Virus record (IMG/VR): IMGVR_UViG_3300042458_000756 | Span: 7,704-71,703 of that record | Length of the DNA: 64,000 bases | Direction: 5' to 3' (one strand) | Origin: a virus | Shown: one piece after another, positions 9,752 to 18,376 of the stretch | Layout of the letters: every line of letters begins with the position of its first letter | How positions within the stretch are numbered: position 1 is the stretch's first letter | Notes under the pieces: generated by a model | What the model was told of the DNA's origin: nothing | Database searches by the model: none | Seen by the model: only the letters and a program-made list of their open reading frames with translations | Made by a program: the position numbers and the translations under genes

Positions 9752-11557
9752 TTAAAGACTTACTGACAGCGGCTCTACAGAAGTCAATGTAAATGAGGTA
9801 GCGTCATTCCCGTTTGTTGCCTCAAATATAGTCATGCTGGTGTCATCTATAACCTTTACAATATTCCCTGTATATAGCAGATAGTGCTGAGCTATCTTGG
9901 CCTGTGTGAGTGCCTCTTGATATATAGCCAAATTGTTATACATGCTTCCAATTCCTGATTTTGAATCTGTCTGGTTTTGATTAAATTTTAAGTTAGATGC
10001 AGCCGAGGTAAAGGTTATAACAACATGGTGAGGAAGCCCTACTGACATAAAGTCAAAAACATTTGTCTCGGCTGTCCTATTTATGCCATTTACATATATT
10101 GAAGAAATTGCTGTTTTAGATATAACTCCAGAAGATGACCATTCATATATTTTTGAAGAAGCAGATACCAATACATTTTCTCCTAATTCTGGAGTGAATA
10201 TCATTTCAACTGATCTGACATCTGGTATATTGTTTAAGCTAAACCCATGCCCATTATGCATCTTTAATCCATTATTCTTATTGTAAGATAGAATTCTTCC
10301 ATTGTTTCTTGGTAAGGCGTAATCAAAATTTGATGATACATAATACCCAGAGTTATCGCTATAAAAATTTTTTGAACTATAAAACAATATCTCTAGATTT
10401 CTTAATATAGGTTGATACTTGCTTGTGTCATCTGATGACATGGTGACTCTTAACTCTAATATATCTGCTATCTGATTATCATTTTTATTATAGTATGGGA
10501 GGGGACTTCCATTTTTACATTCTTCCCATTCCGCCCCATCTATTCTTACCTCAACCTTAATTCCTTTTACATCATTAGACCAGTATATTTGGCTGGTAGA
10601 TATGTCTAAATAATCAGGAACAATAAAATAATCTGTAAAAGAATGGCTTACTGCAACTGGGTCGGTGGTTTCTGGTAAATATAAATAAGATCCATCATTA
10701 GACAAAGACATTCCGCTTGCAGATACATCTGCCCAGGATCTTGATAGCGGATAAGAAAATTTAAACTTTGGTTTAATTGCAGAGGAGTTCATGCTAAACA
10801 TATATCCACCGTCAGCATTAACGATTTGAGATGGATTAATTTCTTTTATTCCCTCAAGGTAGTGTTGCTTAATTTGATTTGGGGAAAGATTAAAGTTATA
10901 AAATCCCACACAGTCAATAACAAATTTTCCATCTGCTGGTCCTGTTTTAAAATCAATAGATGAGTTGGAAAATCTATATCCATCTACTGAAGCTGTGTCA
11001 ACAATGGATCCGTTTACATAAAGAGAGATTGATGCATTTTGAAATATACCAACTACGTAAAGGGACTCTGTTTTAGATGCAGTATATTGAGTTTCGCTTG
11101 ATCCAACTTTAAAAACAATGTTTCCATTTTTGTAAAAAATACCTGCATTTATTGATGTGTCTGCAACTATTGTTATGTCGCTTTCAGTTGGAGGAAGAAC
11201 GCACCAAGCTTCAATTGTAAAAGAGTCGTCGGCATTATGTTCGTTTGCAATTCCCTTAGAAATATAATGAATTGCTGTATATGGGAGGATCTGTGTGCCC
11301 CTGATCCCGCCAGAAATTAAAGGCATTAATTCTTTTGTTGATGCATTTACTGCGTATCCATTATTTATATTTCCAGAGTAGTCGTAAACTGGTAGCCCGC
11401 TTAATGCAGAGTATGTAAGACCGCTATCTTTTAATTGTTGATAAGTTGCAAATTGAGAAATTAATCCTGTGTAAGATGTTGCATCTCCTGATGTAACTTC
11501 GTCTAATAAATAAAATGATGTTGGGTGGTCATTTAAGACTACGCTTTTGTATGACAT
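9752..11557 (-). CDS. LamG/ConA-like lectin domain virion protein
   Basis: SY.S.VL.D.P..FY.LDE start, FTIEAW and ISLYVNG motifs; second LamG-like unit at the C-terminus. Confidence 0.75.
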   Translation of the reverse strand: MSYKSVVLNDHPTSFYLLDEVTSGDATSYTGLISQFATYQQLKDSGLTYSALSGLPVYDYSGNINNGYAVNASTKELMPLISGGIRGTQILPYTAIHYISKGIANEHNADDSFTIEAWCVLPPTESDITIVADTSINAGIFYKNGNIVFKVGSSETQYTASKTESLYVVGIFQNASISLYVNGSIVDTASVDGYRFSNSSIDFKTGPADGKFVIDCVGFYNFNLSPNQIKQHYLEGIKEINPSQIVNADGGYMFSMNSSAIKPKFKFSYPLSRSWADVSASGMSLSNDGSYLYLPETTDPVAVSHSFTDYFIVPDYLDISTSQIYWSNDVKGIKVEVRIDGAEWEECKNGSPLPYYNKNDNQIADILELRVTMSSDDTSKYQPILRNLEILFYSSKNFYSDNSGYYVSSNFDYALPRNNGRILSYNKNNGLKMHNGHGFSLNNIPDVRSVEMIFTPELGENVLVSASSKIYEWSSSGVISKTAISSIYVNGINRTAETNVFDFMSVGLPHHVVITFTSAASNLKFNQNQTDSKSGIGSMYNNLAIYQEALTQAKIAQHYLLYTGNIVKVIDDTSMTIFEATNGNDATSFTLTSVEPLSVSL

Positions 11558-11564
11558 CCCAAAC

Positions 11565-12734
11565 CTACTTTTCTTCTAGTGATTTTACTCTTGCTGTAAG
11601 TTCTTGTACCGCTTTAATTAATGGTGAAATAAACTCTTCATATCTTAATGCCTGTGTTCCTTCTAAGTCATTAACATCAGATATTAGCCAGCCGCCAAAA
11701 TCGGCAACTCCAGAAGCATCTAATACTGATTTAACTTCTTGTGCAATTAGACCATAATGTGTTCTGTTTCCTTCAATTTTATTATACTTAACGGGATGCA
11801 AATTATTTATAAAGTCTAGCCCGAGGTCAGAGGTTACTACATTTTCTTTTGTTCTTGCATCAGAAATTGTTGTGGCGTTATTATTTGAATATATATTTTT
11901 CCAGCCTCTTGTTACACGATCAGTACCAGCATTTAGAGGACCTATAAGGCCCAAGCTAAATGTATTATTTGTTAAGGGGAACCAGTTTGAATTTACTCCG
12001 ACTGGAGATAAGTCTGTTGCTCCATAGTTTAATGAAATTCTTGTAGTAATTGGATCTATAACGGCATTGGTACCATTTGCTCCAGGTGCTCCAGGTGCTC
12101 CAGGTGCTCCGTCTGCGCCAGGTGCTCCGTCTGCTCCAGGTGCTCCGTCTGCGCCACGTGGAATTACAAAATCTAAAAGAACATTGCTGGAGGTTCCACT
12201 ATTTGTAACTACTGCGTTTGATCCTGGTAGGGATGTTGAAGTTGAGTTAACTGTTATGGTTGCGGCTGCATCTCCTTTAGGTCCAGGTGCTCCAACAGCA
12301 CCGTTAGTTCCGTTAGTGCCAGCTGCGCCTGTTGCGCCTGTATCACCTTTTGGTAAAACTAAATTTAATACTTGGGATGGAGAAGTTCCTGTAATTGTTG
12401 CAGATGCACTTACTCCTGCAGTAACAGTTCCAATTGATAATACGTTAGAGGGTCCTGGGCCGCCAAGAATTCCGTCTTGGCCTCTTGGTATATTGAATGT
12501 TAAAGATTGTGCAGGAGATGTTCCACTGATAGTTACGGTGGCACTTTGTCCAGGATTAAGTGTATTTGTTGCTGCTACGCTTAACACGTTAGCAGGGCCT
12601 GCTATTCCTTGTGGGCCAGGGTTTGCAGCAATAAATGCAGCAATGTCTGCGCCTAAAATACCAAGGTCCCTAGGTACGTCGGGTGAGTCCGAGTAACTTG
12701 GGAAACGCCATCCATTAACACCTACTGTTGCCAT
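11565..12734 (-). CDS. Collagen-like fibre with C-terminal intramolecular chaperone (peptidase S74/ICA)
   Basis: Gly-X-Y runs (GAPGADGAPGAD); ISDARTKENV, GLIAQEV, LRYEEFISPLIKAVQEL. Confidence 0.88.
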   Translation of the reverse strand: MATVGVNGWRFPSYSDSPDVPRDLGILGADIAAFIAANPGPQGIAGPANVLSVAATNTLNPGQSATVTISGTSPAQSLTFNIPRGQDGILGGPGPSNVLSIGTVTAGVSASATITGTSPSQVLNLVLPKGDTGATGAAGTNGTNGAVGAPGPKGDAAATITVNSTSTSLPGSNAVVTNSGTSSNVLLDFVIPRGADGAPGADGAPGADGAPGAPGAPGANGTNAVIDPITTRISLNYGATDLSPVGVNSNWFPLTNNTFSLGLIGPLNAGTDRVTRGWKNIYSNNNATTISDARTKENVVTSDLGLDFINNLHPVKYNKIEGNRTHYGLIAQEVKSVLDASGVADFGGWLISDVNDLEGTQALRYEEFISPLIKAVQELTARVKSLEEK

Positions 12735-12750
12735 TTTTTAATTATACCAC

Positions 12751-13368
12751 CTATGAAATTATCTTACTTGTTTTAAACATAAACGCTGGGCACATGTATT
12801 TGTTGCCAGATATTAGCGGGGTTGAGGCGTGAAAATATGGCTTAACTGAAGGAAATATAACCAGGCTACCAGCTTCTGGCTTGATCTTTATTTTTTGCTC
12901 TGGAAAAGAAAGTTCTCCTCCAGTGTAATTATCATTTAAATACAACACAATTGATGCAGTAAGCCTAGCCTCTTCATCGTCCTCTTCGCAATCGATGTGT
13001 GGACCCATCTGAGCTGGTGGGAAATACTTGCTTATTCTTACTTCGTTTGGCAAAAAGCCAAGATCTTTTCCCAATGATTTTGAATAATCTTCAACGCACA
13101 AATTAATAGCATCTAGTATTGTAGATACGACCAAGGCATACCTTTTATTAATTTCATTATCTGTTTTTGATATGGTAAAGGATCCGACCTTATACTCGCC
13201 AAAAACATCATTTTCATTATTACTAGAAACCCATCTCATCCATTTTGTTAAATGAGGGTTGTCATAAGATATCTTGTCTAGTGTTTCTATTTCTTCAACA
13301 AACTCACTTGGGTTTGGTATAACGTTTTTATAATAATAGATATTGTCATCTAAAATTTCTTTAATCAT
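12751..13368 (-). CDS. 2OG-Fe(II) oxygenase, prolyl-4-hydroxylase-like
   Basis: HID...YLNDNYTGGEL...YFH...K. Confidence 0.9.
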   Translation of the reverse strand: MIKEILDDNIYYYKNVIPNPSEFVEEIETLDKISYDNPHLTKWMRWVSSNNENDVFGEYKVGSFTISKTDNEINKRYALVVSTILDAINLCVEDYSKSLGKDLGFLPNEVRISKYFPPAQMGPHIDCEEDDEEARLTASIVLYLNDNYTGGELSFPEQKIKIKPEAGSLVIFPSVKPYFHASTPLISGNKYMCPAFMFKTSKIIS

Positions 13369-14063
13369 TCTCTACCTTCTGGCATTACTGGTCTTCCTTC
13401 TGGGGTTGCCCATTTTTTATAAATTTGTTCCTGCTCTGCTCTAACAGCCTTTAGCTCCATGTCCCAAGCTTCTCGTTGTTTGTCGGTATATACAATGCTT
13501 GCATCATCCCAAAACGATCCTATTGTGTATCTAATGCCACCCTTTACTGTTGTAACCATGTGCTCTCTTGTATGCCCGCCAGCAAAAAATGCGCCCAATC
13601 CAATTTTTGGCTTGATGTCAATACTTCCATCCTTAAATTTTAAATGACCGCCTTCAAAATTATCATTCAGGTAAATAAACACTGCATACTTACTTCTTTC
13701 AAAAGCAGTTGGGTTTCCAACTTCATCTGAGTTGTCTGAGTGATAGTCTGCAAAAGCTCCTTCAAGCCACCTTTGTGCGTGATAGCTAACTTCTGAGACT
13801 TCAAAGCCTAGCAATTCTTCGGTTTTAGATTTTATTTTTTCTTTAAACTGATTAAAGAAATCTTCTGGCAATCCAAAAAGTTTTAAATTTGGGTCGGACG
13901 GCCAGTAGCCCATAGCCTGTGAGCCGTAGAAGGATATCTCATTCCATTTTAATATTTTGTGTTCTACCAAAAAATCAAAATAATTTATAATAGCAGAGCA
14001 AGTTTCTGGATCTATAAAATTCTCTACTATAAAAAATTCGTCTCTTATCTTTGGCATAGTCAT
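13365..14063 (-). CDS. 2OG-Fe(II) oxygenase, prolyl-4-hydroxylase-like
   Basis: HSD...YLNDNFEGGHL...EHMV...RY. Confidence 0.9.
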   Translation of the reverse strand: MTMPKIRDEFFIVENFIDPETCSAIINYFDFLVEHKILKWNEISFYGSQAMGYWPSDPNLKLFGLPEDFFNQFKEKIKSKTEELLGFEVSEVSYHAQRWLEGAFADYHSDNSDEVGNPTAFERSKYAVFIYLNDNFEGGHLKFKDGSIDIKPKIGLGAFFAGGHTREHMVTTVKGGIRYTIGSFWDDASIVYTDKQREAWDMELKAVRAEQEQIYKKWATPEGRPVMPEGRE

Positions 14064-14064
14064 A

Positions 14065-14847
14065 TTAGTACCCTAAATTCTTTCTATCTGAGTACTTCAT
14101 GTTTGCTGGATTTTCTTTTTCAATTCTTTTTTGCTCCATCTTAGCCCAGGTATAAGCACCCCAGTGCTTTTGATTTGCAAGCCATTGTGGGTGCCCATCA
14201 TAATAGTACTGTATGAAGTTTCTAATAAAAAACTTGTTTCCATTTCTAATCGTTCTAACTCCATGAAAATATGGATCTTGTGATGGAAATACAAGTATGT
14301 CGCCAGCCTTGGGCTTGTATGGATAGTATTGGTCGTTCATGTAAAACTCTATATCGCCACCTTCATAGTCATCGTTAATATATGTTGTGCAGGTAAGCAA
14401 AAATTTTGGACCAGGCATATCTCTTTCTGAAATGATAAAATCTGTATGGTACTGCATAGACATTTCATTGCCCATAGTATCTACATTTGCATCGTATTTT
14501 GAAAAAGATGATGTCATTAATTTAGCCGATTCTGGCAAAACAATTCCGTATGTCTTTTTGTAATCTTCAATGGCAGTGTTGTAAGCCTCATAAACTCTGT
14601 CTGAAAGAAACTTTTCTTCATCATATCTTGGACCAAACTCTCTGGGCTCGTTCTCATTATGTTTTTGCTGTGAGTAGCTTCCAAAAATTGACCACTTGTC
14701 CCAAGTTCTTAAATAATATCTTCCTGCCGCATCGGCATCAGATTCCTTCATTATTCTGTACAATTCATCTGCATCTGGCAGTAGTCCCTGATAAATCCTT
14801 ACATTTGGCAAAAGCTCAAAAGATGTGTATTCGTAATTAGTTGTCAT
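14065..14847 (-). CDS. 2OG-Fe(II) oxygenase, prolyl-4-hydroxylase-like
   Basis: HTD...YINDDYEGGDI...YFHGV...KF. Confidence 0.9.
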   Translation of the reverse strand: MTTNYEYTSFELLPNVRIYQGLLPDADELYRIMKESDADAAGRYYLRTWDKWSIFGSYSQQKHNENEPREFGPRYDEEKFLSDRVYEAYNTAIEDYKKTYGIVLPESAKLMTSSFSKYDANVDTMGNEMSMQYHTDFIISERDMPGPKFLLTCTTYINDDYEGGDIEFYMNDQYYPYKPKAGDILVFPSQDPYFHGVRTIRNGNKFFIRNFIQYYYDGHPQWLANQKHWGAYTWAKMEQKRIEKENPANMKYSDRKNLGY

Positions 14848-15511
14848 TGTCTATCCTACCTAGTCTGGTTATTGTCCAAAAGAATGGTGCGGTATATCTT
14901 GTTCCGCTTGTTACTTTTGTTACCCCATGAATATAGTTCTTATCTCCTGGGAAAAAATATGCTGCTCTTGCTTTGGGCTTAAATTTAATATTTTGAAGTG
15001 GGAAGAATAGCTCTCCGCCTTCGTAATCATTATTTAAATAAAACACTGTTCCTATGTCGTACCATGGAAACTCATTTTCTGTTCCAGCGTCTGGGCCTTC
15101 GTGTAGCTCCTTGTCAGCATGAGGAAACTGCATCGCTCCAACTGGCCATCTAACAATGGCTGCTTCTGTCGGTGAAACTTCTACATCAAATTTTTCTCTA
15201 ATAAATGGAGTCATTCTTTGGATAACTAGATTTAGAATTCTGACAACTTCTGGGTCTGCTTTCATTAGTGAGTCTTTAGTAGCAACTCTATCTTCCCACA
15301 CTCTGTGATCATAAATAATGTTTCCATTTTCATTCCACTGAGATTCAGTAACATCCCACACTGTGTTATTTCTTGCAAAGTTTAAAAGGTACTCTTGCTC
15401 TTCAAGAGTCACCATATCTTCTAGCTCTACAACATTGTCTGGTGAGGTTCCGAAATGCCCTGAAGGTGTTATTGACTGTCTTGCAAATCTAGCTCTTTTT
15501 GTATATTCCAT
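14837..15511 (-). CDS. 2OG-Fe(II) oxygenase, prolyl-4-hydroxylase-like
   Basis: HAD...YLNNDYEGGEL...YIHGV...RY. Confidence 0.9.
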   Translation of the reverse strand: MEYTKRARFARQSITPSGHFGTSPDNVVELEDMVTLEEQEYLLNFARNNTVWDVTESQWNENGNIIYDHRVWEDRVATKDSLMKADPEVVRILNLVIQRMTPFIREKFDVEVSPTEAAIVRWPVGAMQFPHADKELHEGPDAGTENEFPWYDIGTVFYLNNDYEGGELFFPLQNIKFKPKARAAYFFPGDKNYIHGVTKVTSGTRYTAPFFWTITRLGRIDNDN

Positions 15512-15518
15512 TTTTCAC

Positions 15519-16247
15519 CTATTCATATTTCTTTAAAGATCTAACGGTTAGCTTGTATGCCCCGCCGTCTTTGGTTCTAAATTTTTTTGCTTGCTGGTCA
15601 TGTCTTTTTTCTATTTCTGACTTAGAATAGAATTTTTTTTCCATCTTCCAGTCTTCTCTTTTATATGGAATTAATTGCATATAAGGTGTTCCCGCTGGTA
15701 TGGTGCCCTCAAAATCCTTTTTGAGAAAAAATGGCATTAATCCAGGAGTGTCCATCTTATCATTATCTATTATAGCAGAGGTGGTAGTAAATGGTAAGTC
15801 AAATCTATTTATTGGGTGAACATACATTACGCTGTATCCTTCTGGGACGGATGGTGCCCAGTTAGGATACCAATGAAAATGAAAATCGTCGTGTCCAGTT
15901 GGTACTGGGAATTCTTTCATGGGTTGCCTTGAGCCAACAAAATCCTCATATCCAGATTCTGTTTTTACGGTTGTGATTCCGTTAGCGTTTTTTTTAAATA
16001 CTATATTGCATGGAGTTACATACATATAGCCACTAATAAATATGTCCAAAAGTCCTGGGCAAGATCTGAAAGTTCTAACTGGGCCTCCTTCTGTATTTAA
16101 GTACGGCTCGTTTGTCTCAGGATTAATCTCAAATTTTTGTGCATCTTTAAACCAATTTGGCATTAATGATTTTGTGGTATGAGGAGCATAGGATTCAGAA
16201 ATAATATTATATAACCTATTGGAATGAAAAGTTATTTTATTTGTCAT
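15519..16247 (-). CDS. DUF6065-related hypothetical protein
   Basis: SCPGLLD, PEGYSV..HPINRFDLPF, IPAGTPYMQLIP; shares the AGTP...P ending with its neighbour; no HxD..H triad seen. Confidence 0.5.
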   Translation of the reverse strand: MTNKITFHSNRLYNIISESYAPHTTKSLMPNWFKDAQKFEINPETNEPYLNTEGGPVRTFRSCPGLLDIFISGYMYVTPCNIVFKKNANGITTVKTESGYEDFVGSRQPMKEFPVPTGHDDFHFHWYPNWAPSVPEGYSVMYVHPINRFDLPFTTTSAIIDNDKMDTPGLMPFFLKKDFEGTIPAGTPYMQLIPYKREDWKMEKKFYSKSEIEKRHDQQAKKFRTKDGGAYKLTVRSLKKYE

Positions 16248-16941
16248 TTACTCTCAACCTTAAAGTTTTTGTTTCGTGTTCACCAATAGTATTGCCTTTG
16301 TGATCAGTTGCATTTCTATAAAACCCAGCCCATTTGCCAGACATATTTATTTTATCTATTGTCATTCCATAAGCTCTTCCATCATATGGAGACCCTACAT
16401 AACCTTTCCCATCGTATAAGTCAACCTCGTAATTATTGATTTCTTTTAATGAGACTGGCAAAAATACGGCAACAGGTGTGCCTGCTTTTACTGTTATTAT
16501 TTTACCTGGCGATGTCACCCTCCAAACTACGGGAACCTCGGCAGAGAAAAAAGATGTGGTTAGCAATGTTGTAAATGCCTGTGCTCCATCTATAAAAAAG
16601 TTTGGAGCAGGCATAGTTAATATAGTTGTGTCTTTATCGGTTTTAAAGGTTAAGCCAGTAATAAAGCTTATGGTTGCATTTGCCCTGTTTGTGTGTACAT
16701 ACTTTTCACCAGAAAGTATTTTTACATGAATGGACTGGCTATCTGAGATGCCGTCCCAAATAAAAGAAATATCTTCTGGGAAGGAGATTCCCCATCCTAG
16801 AGTGTTAGATAAACTAACTGGAAAACAGTTGTATGCATGTCTGTCAGCTGTCTGGTCCATCCATTCCCTGTTTACTTTTACCTGCTCTATTTTGGCGGGG
16901 CTGTCTCCTGTTTTAAAAACATCAATTTTACGCATATCCAT
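16237..16941 (-). CDS. DUF6065-like protein
   Basis: REWMDQT..RHAYNCFPVSLSNTLGW resembles the DUF6065 N-terminal signature as recalled. Confidence 0.65.
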   Translation of the reverse strand: MDMRKIDVFKTGDSPAKIEQVKVNREWMDQTADRHAYNCFPVSLSNTLGWGISFPEDISFIWDGISDSQSIHVKILSGEKYVHTNRANATISFITGLTFKTDKDTTILTMPAPNFFIDGAQAFTTLLTTSFFSAEVPVVWRVTSPGKIITVKAGTPVAVFLPVSLKEINNYEVDLYDGKGYVGSPYDGRAYGMTIDKINMSGKWAGFYRNATDHKGNTIGEHETKTLRLRVNDK

Positions 16942-17626
16942 CGGTATACTTCTTTTCTATTTCTCTGTAGGCTGGTGTGTGAGGAGCCTCTAGGTAATCT
17001 AGCATAGTTACAATAGAGTATTTTGTTCCACTTGTTACTGGAAGCGATGCGTGTGAAAATAAATAAGATGAAGGGAATAGATAAAGATCCCCAGCCTTAG
17101 GCTTTATTTTTAAATTAAATTTATCAAAAAATAGCTCCCCGCCCTCGTAATCATCGTTAATATATCCAACAGAAGATAGCACACAAATATAAGAGTATCC
17201 ATGATCAGAGTGTACTTGAAAATGCTGTCCTGGACCGTATTTAACAAAGTTAAAAGACTCCCAATAATTTAGTGGTGCAAGGTTAAATTTTTGTCTATAG
17301 TCTTCTACTGGGCCCAGCTGTGCATCCTTAGCGTCCTCCCATATCGATTCTAGTTTAATTTGATCTTCGCTTTTGCCATCATTATCTTGCTTGTTTTTCT
17401 TAATCTTAAAATCAAATGCGTCTCTATACTTTAAGTTGCTTGAAGCGTATCCAGTTGTGGCCTGCTTCCATTTATAGGTTGCATGGGGCGAATCTGAATA
17501 CCCAACACCTTCGGCATCTGGGTCTCTAGACAAACAATCTTCAAGTCTATTTATAAAATCCATGTCTTTTGGAAATATGTTTCTATAGACGAGCACTCCT
17601 GGTGCTAAAACTTCTGGCTGGTTCAT
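16928..17626 (-). CDS. 2OG-Fe(II) oxygenase, prolyl-4-hydroxylase-like
   Basis: HSD...YINDDYEGGEL...FSH...KY; close paralog of 17628..18326. Confidence 0.9.
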   Translation of the reverse strand: MNQPEVLAPGVLVYRNIFPKDMDFINRLEDCLSRDPDAEGVGYSDSPHATYKWKQATTGYASSNLKYRDAFDFKIKKNKQDNDGKSEDQIKLESIWEDAKDAQLGPVEDYRQKFNLAPLNYWESFNFVKYGPGQHFQVHSDHGYSYICVLSSVGYINDDYEGGELFFDKFNLKIKPKAGDLYLFPSSYLFSHASLPVTSGTKYSIVTMLDYLEAPHTPAYREIEKKYTDGYA

Positions 17627-17627
17627 A

Positions 17628-18326
17628 TCAATCTCCCTTAATTATTTTATCTTGTTTTCTTTTTTTAATAAGTTGTGAAAAGTCTTCACCGTGATGATCG
17701 TCATTGTAGTCTGTCATAGTTACAATAGAGTATTTTATTCCCTCTGATATTGGCATGGCGGCATGAGAAAATAAATATGTCGATGGGAATATGTAAAGGT
17801 CACCAGATTTTGGTTTAACCTGAATTCCTATTTTTGGAAAAACAAGTTCTCCTCCAACATAGTCTTCATTAATATATCCTACCATGGAGACTGTAGCAAC
17901 ATAAGAAAATCCATGATCTGCATGTTCTTTAAAGTAATTTCCTGGTCCGTATTTAACAAAGTTAAATTGTTCCCAGTAATTCATTTGTATATTGTACATA
18001 TTGCAGTAATCAATTAAAGCTGGGTTTTTAGCATCGTATGTATCTTGCCATATTGAATTTAATACATCGTATTCGTTACTTAAACCAAAATTATTTTTTC
18101 TTATTTTAAAATCAAAACAATCTCTATAGTCTGAGTCTTTTTTATCAGTGCCAACTTTGGCTTTTTGCCAACTATGAAGACTAGACAAAGAAAGCTCTTC
18201 CTCTAGTCTTTGGGAAAGATTTAATTCTTTTTTAATTACATTTCTGTAAACCCAAAGTCCAGGGAAAAGCTGTTCTTTTGAAGACCACGTCTCCGACAAA
18301 CTGTTTTGCATTAAACTACCTATCAT
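17628..18326 (-). CDS. 2OG-Fe(II) oxygenase, prolyl-4-hydroxylase-like
   Basis: HAD...YINEDYVGGEL...FSH...KY. Confidence 0.9.
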   Translation of the reverse strand: MIGSLMQNSLSETWSSKEQLFPGLWVYRNVIKKELNLSQRLEEELSLSSLHSWQKAKVGTDKKDSDYRDCFDFKIRKNNFGLSNEYDVLNSIWQDTYDAKNPALIDYCNMYNIQMNYWEQFNFVKYGPGNYFKEHADHGFSYVATVSMVGYINEDYVGGELVFPKIGIQVKPKSGDLYIFPSTYLFSHAAMPISEGIKYSIVTMTDYNDDHHGEDFSQLIKKRKQDKIIKGD

Positions 18327-18376
18327 TTATTCATTATGACATTTATAAACATAAATGTCAATATAGAACAATAACA

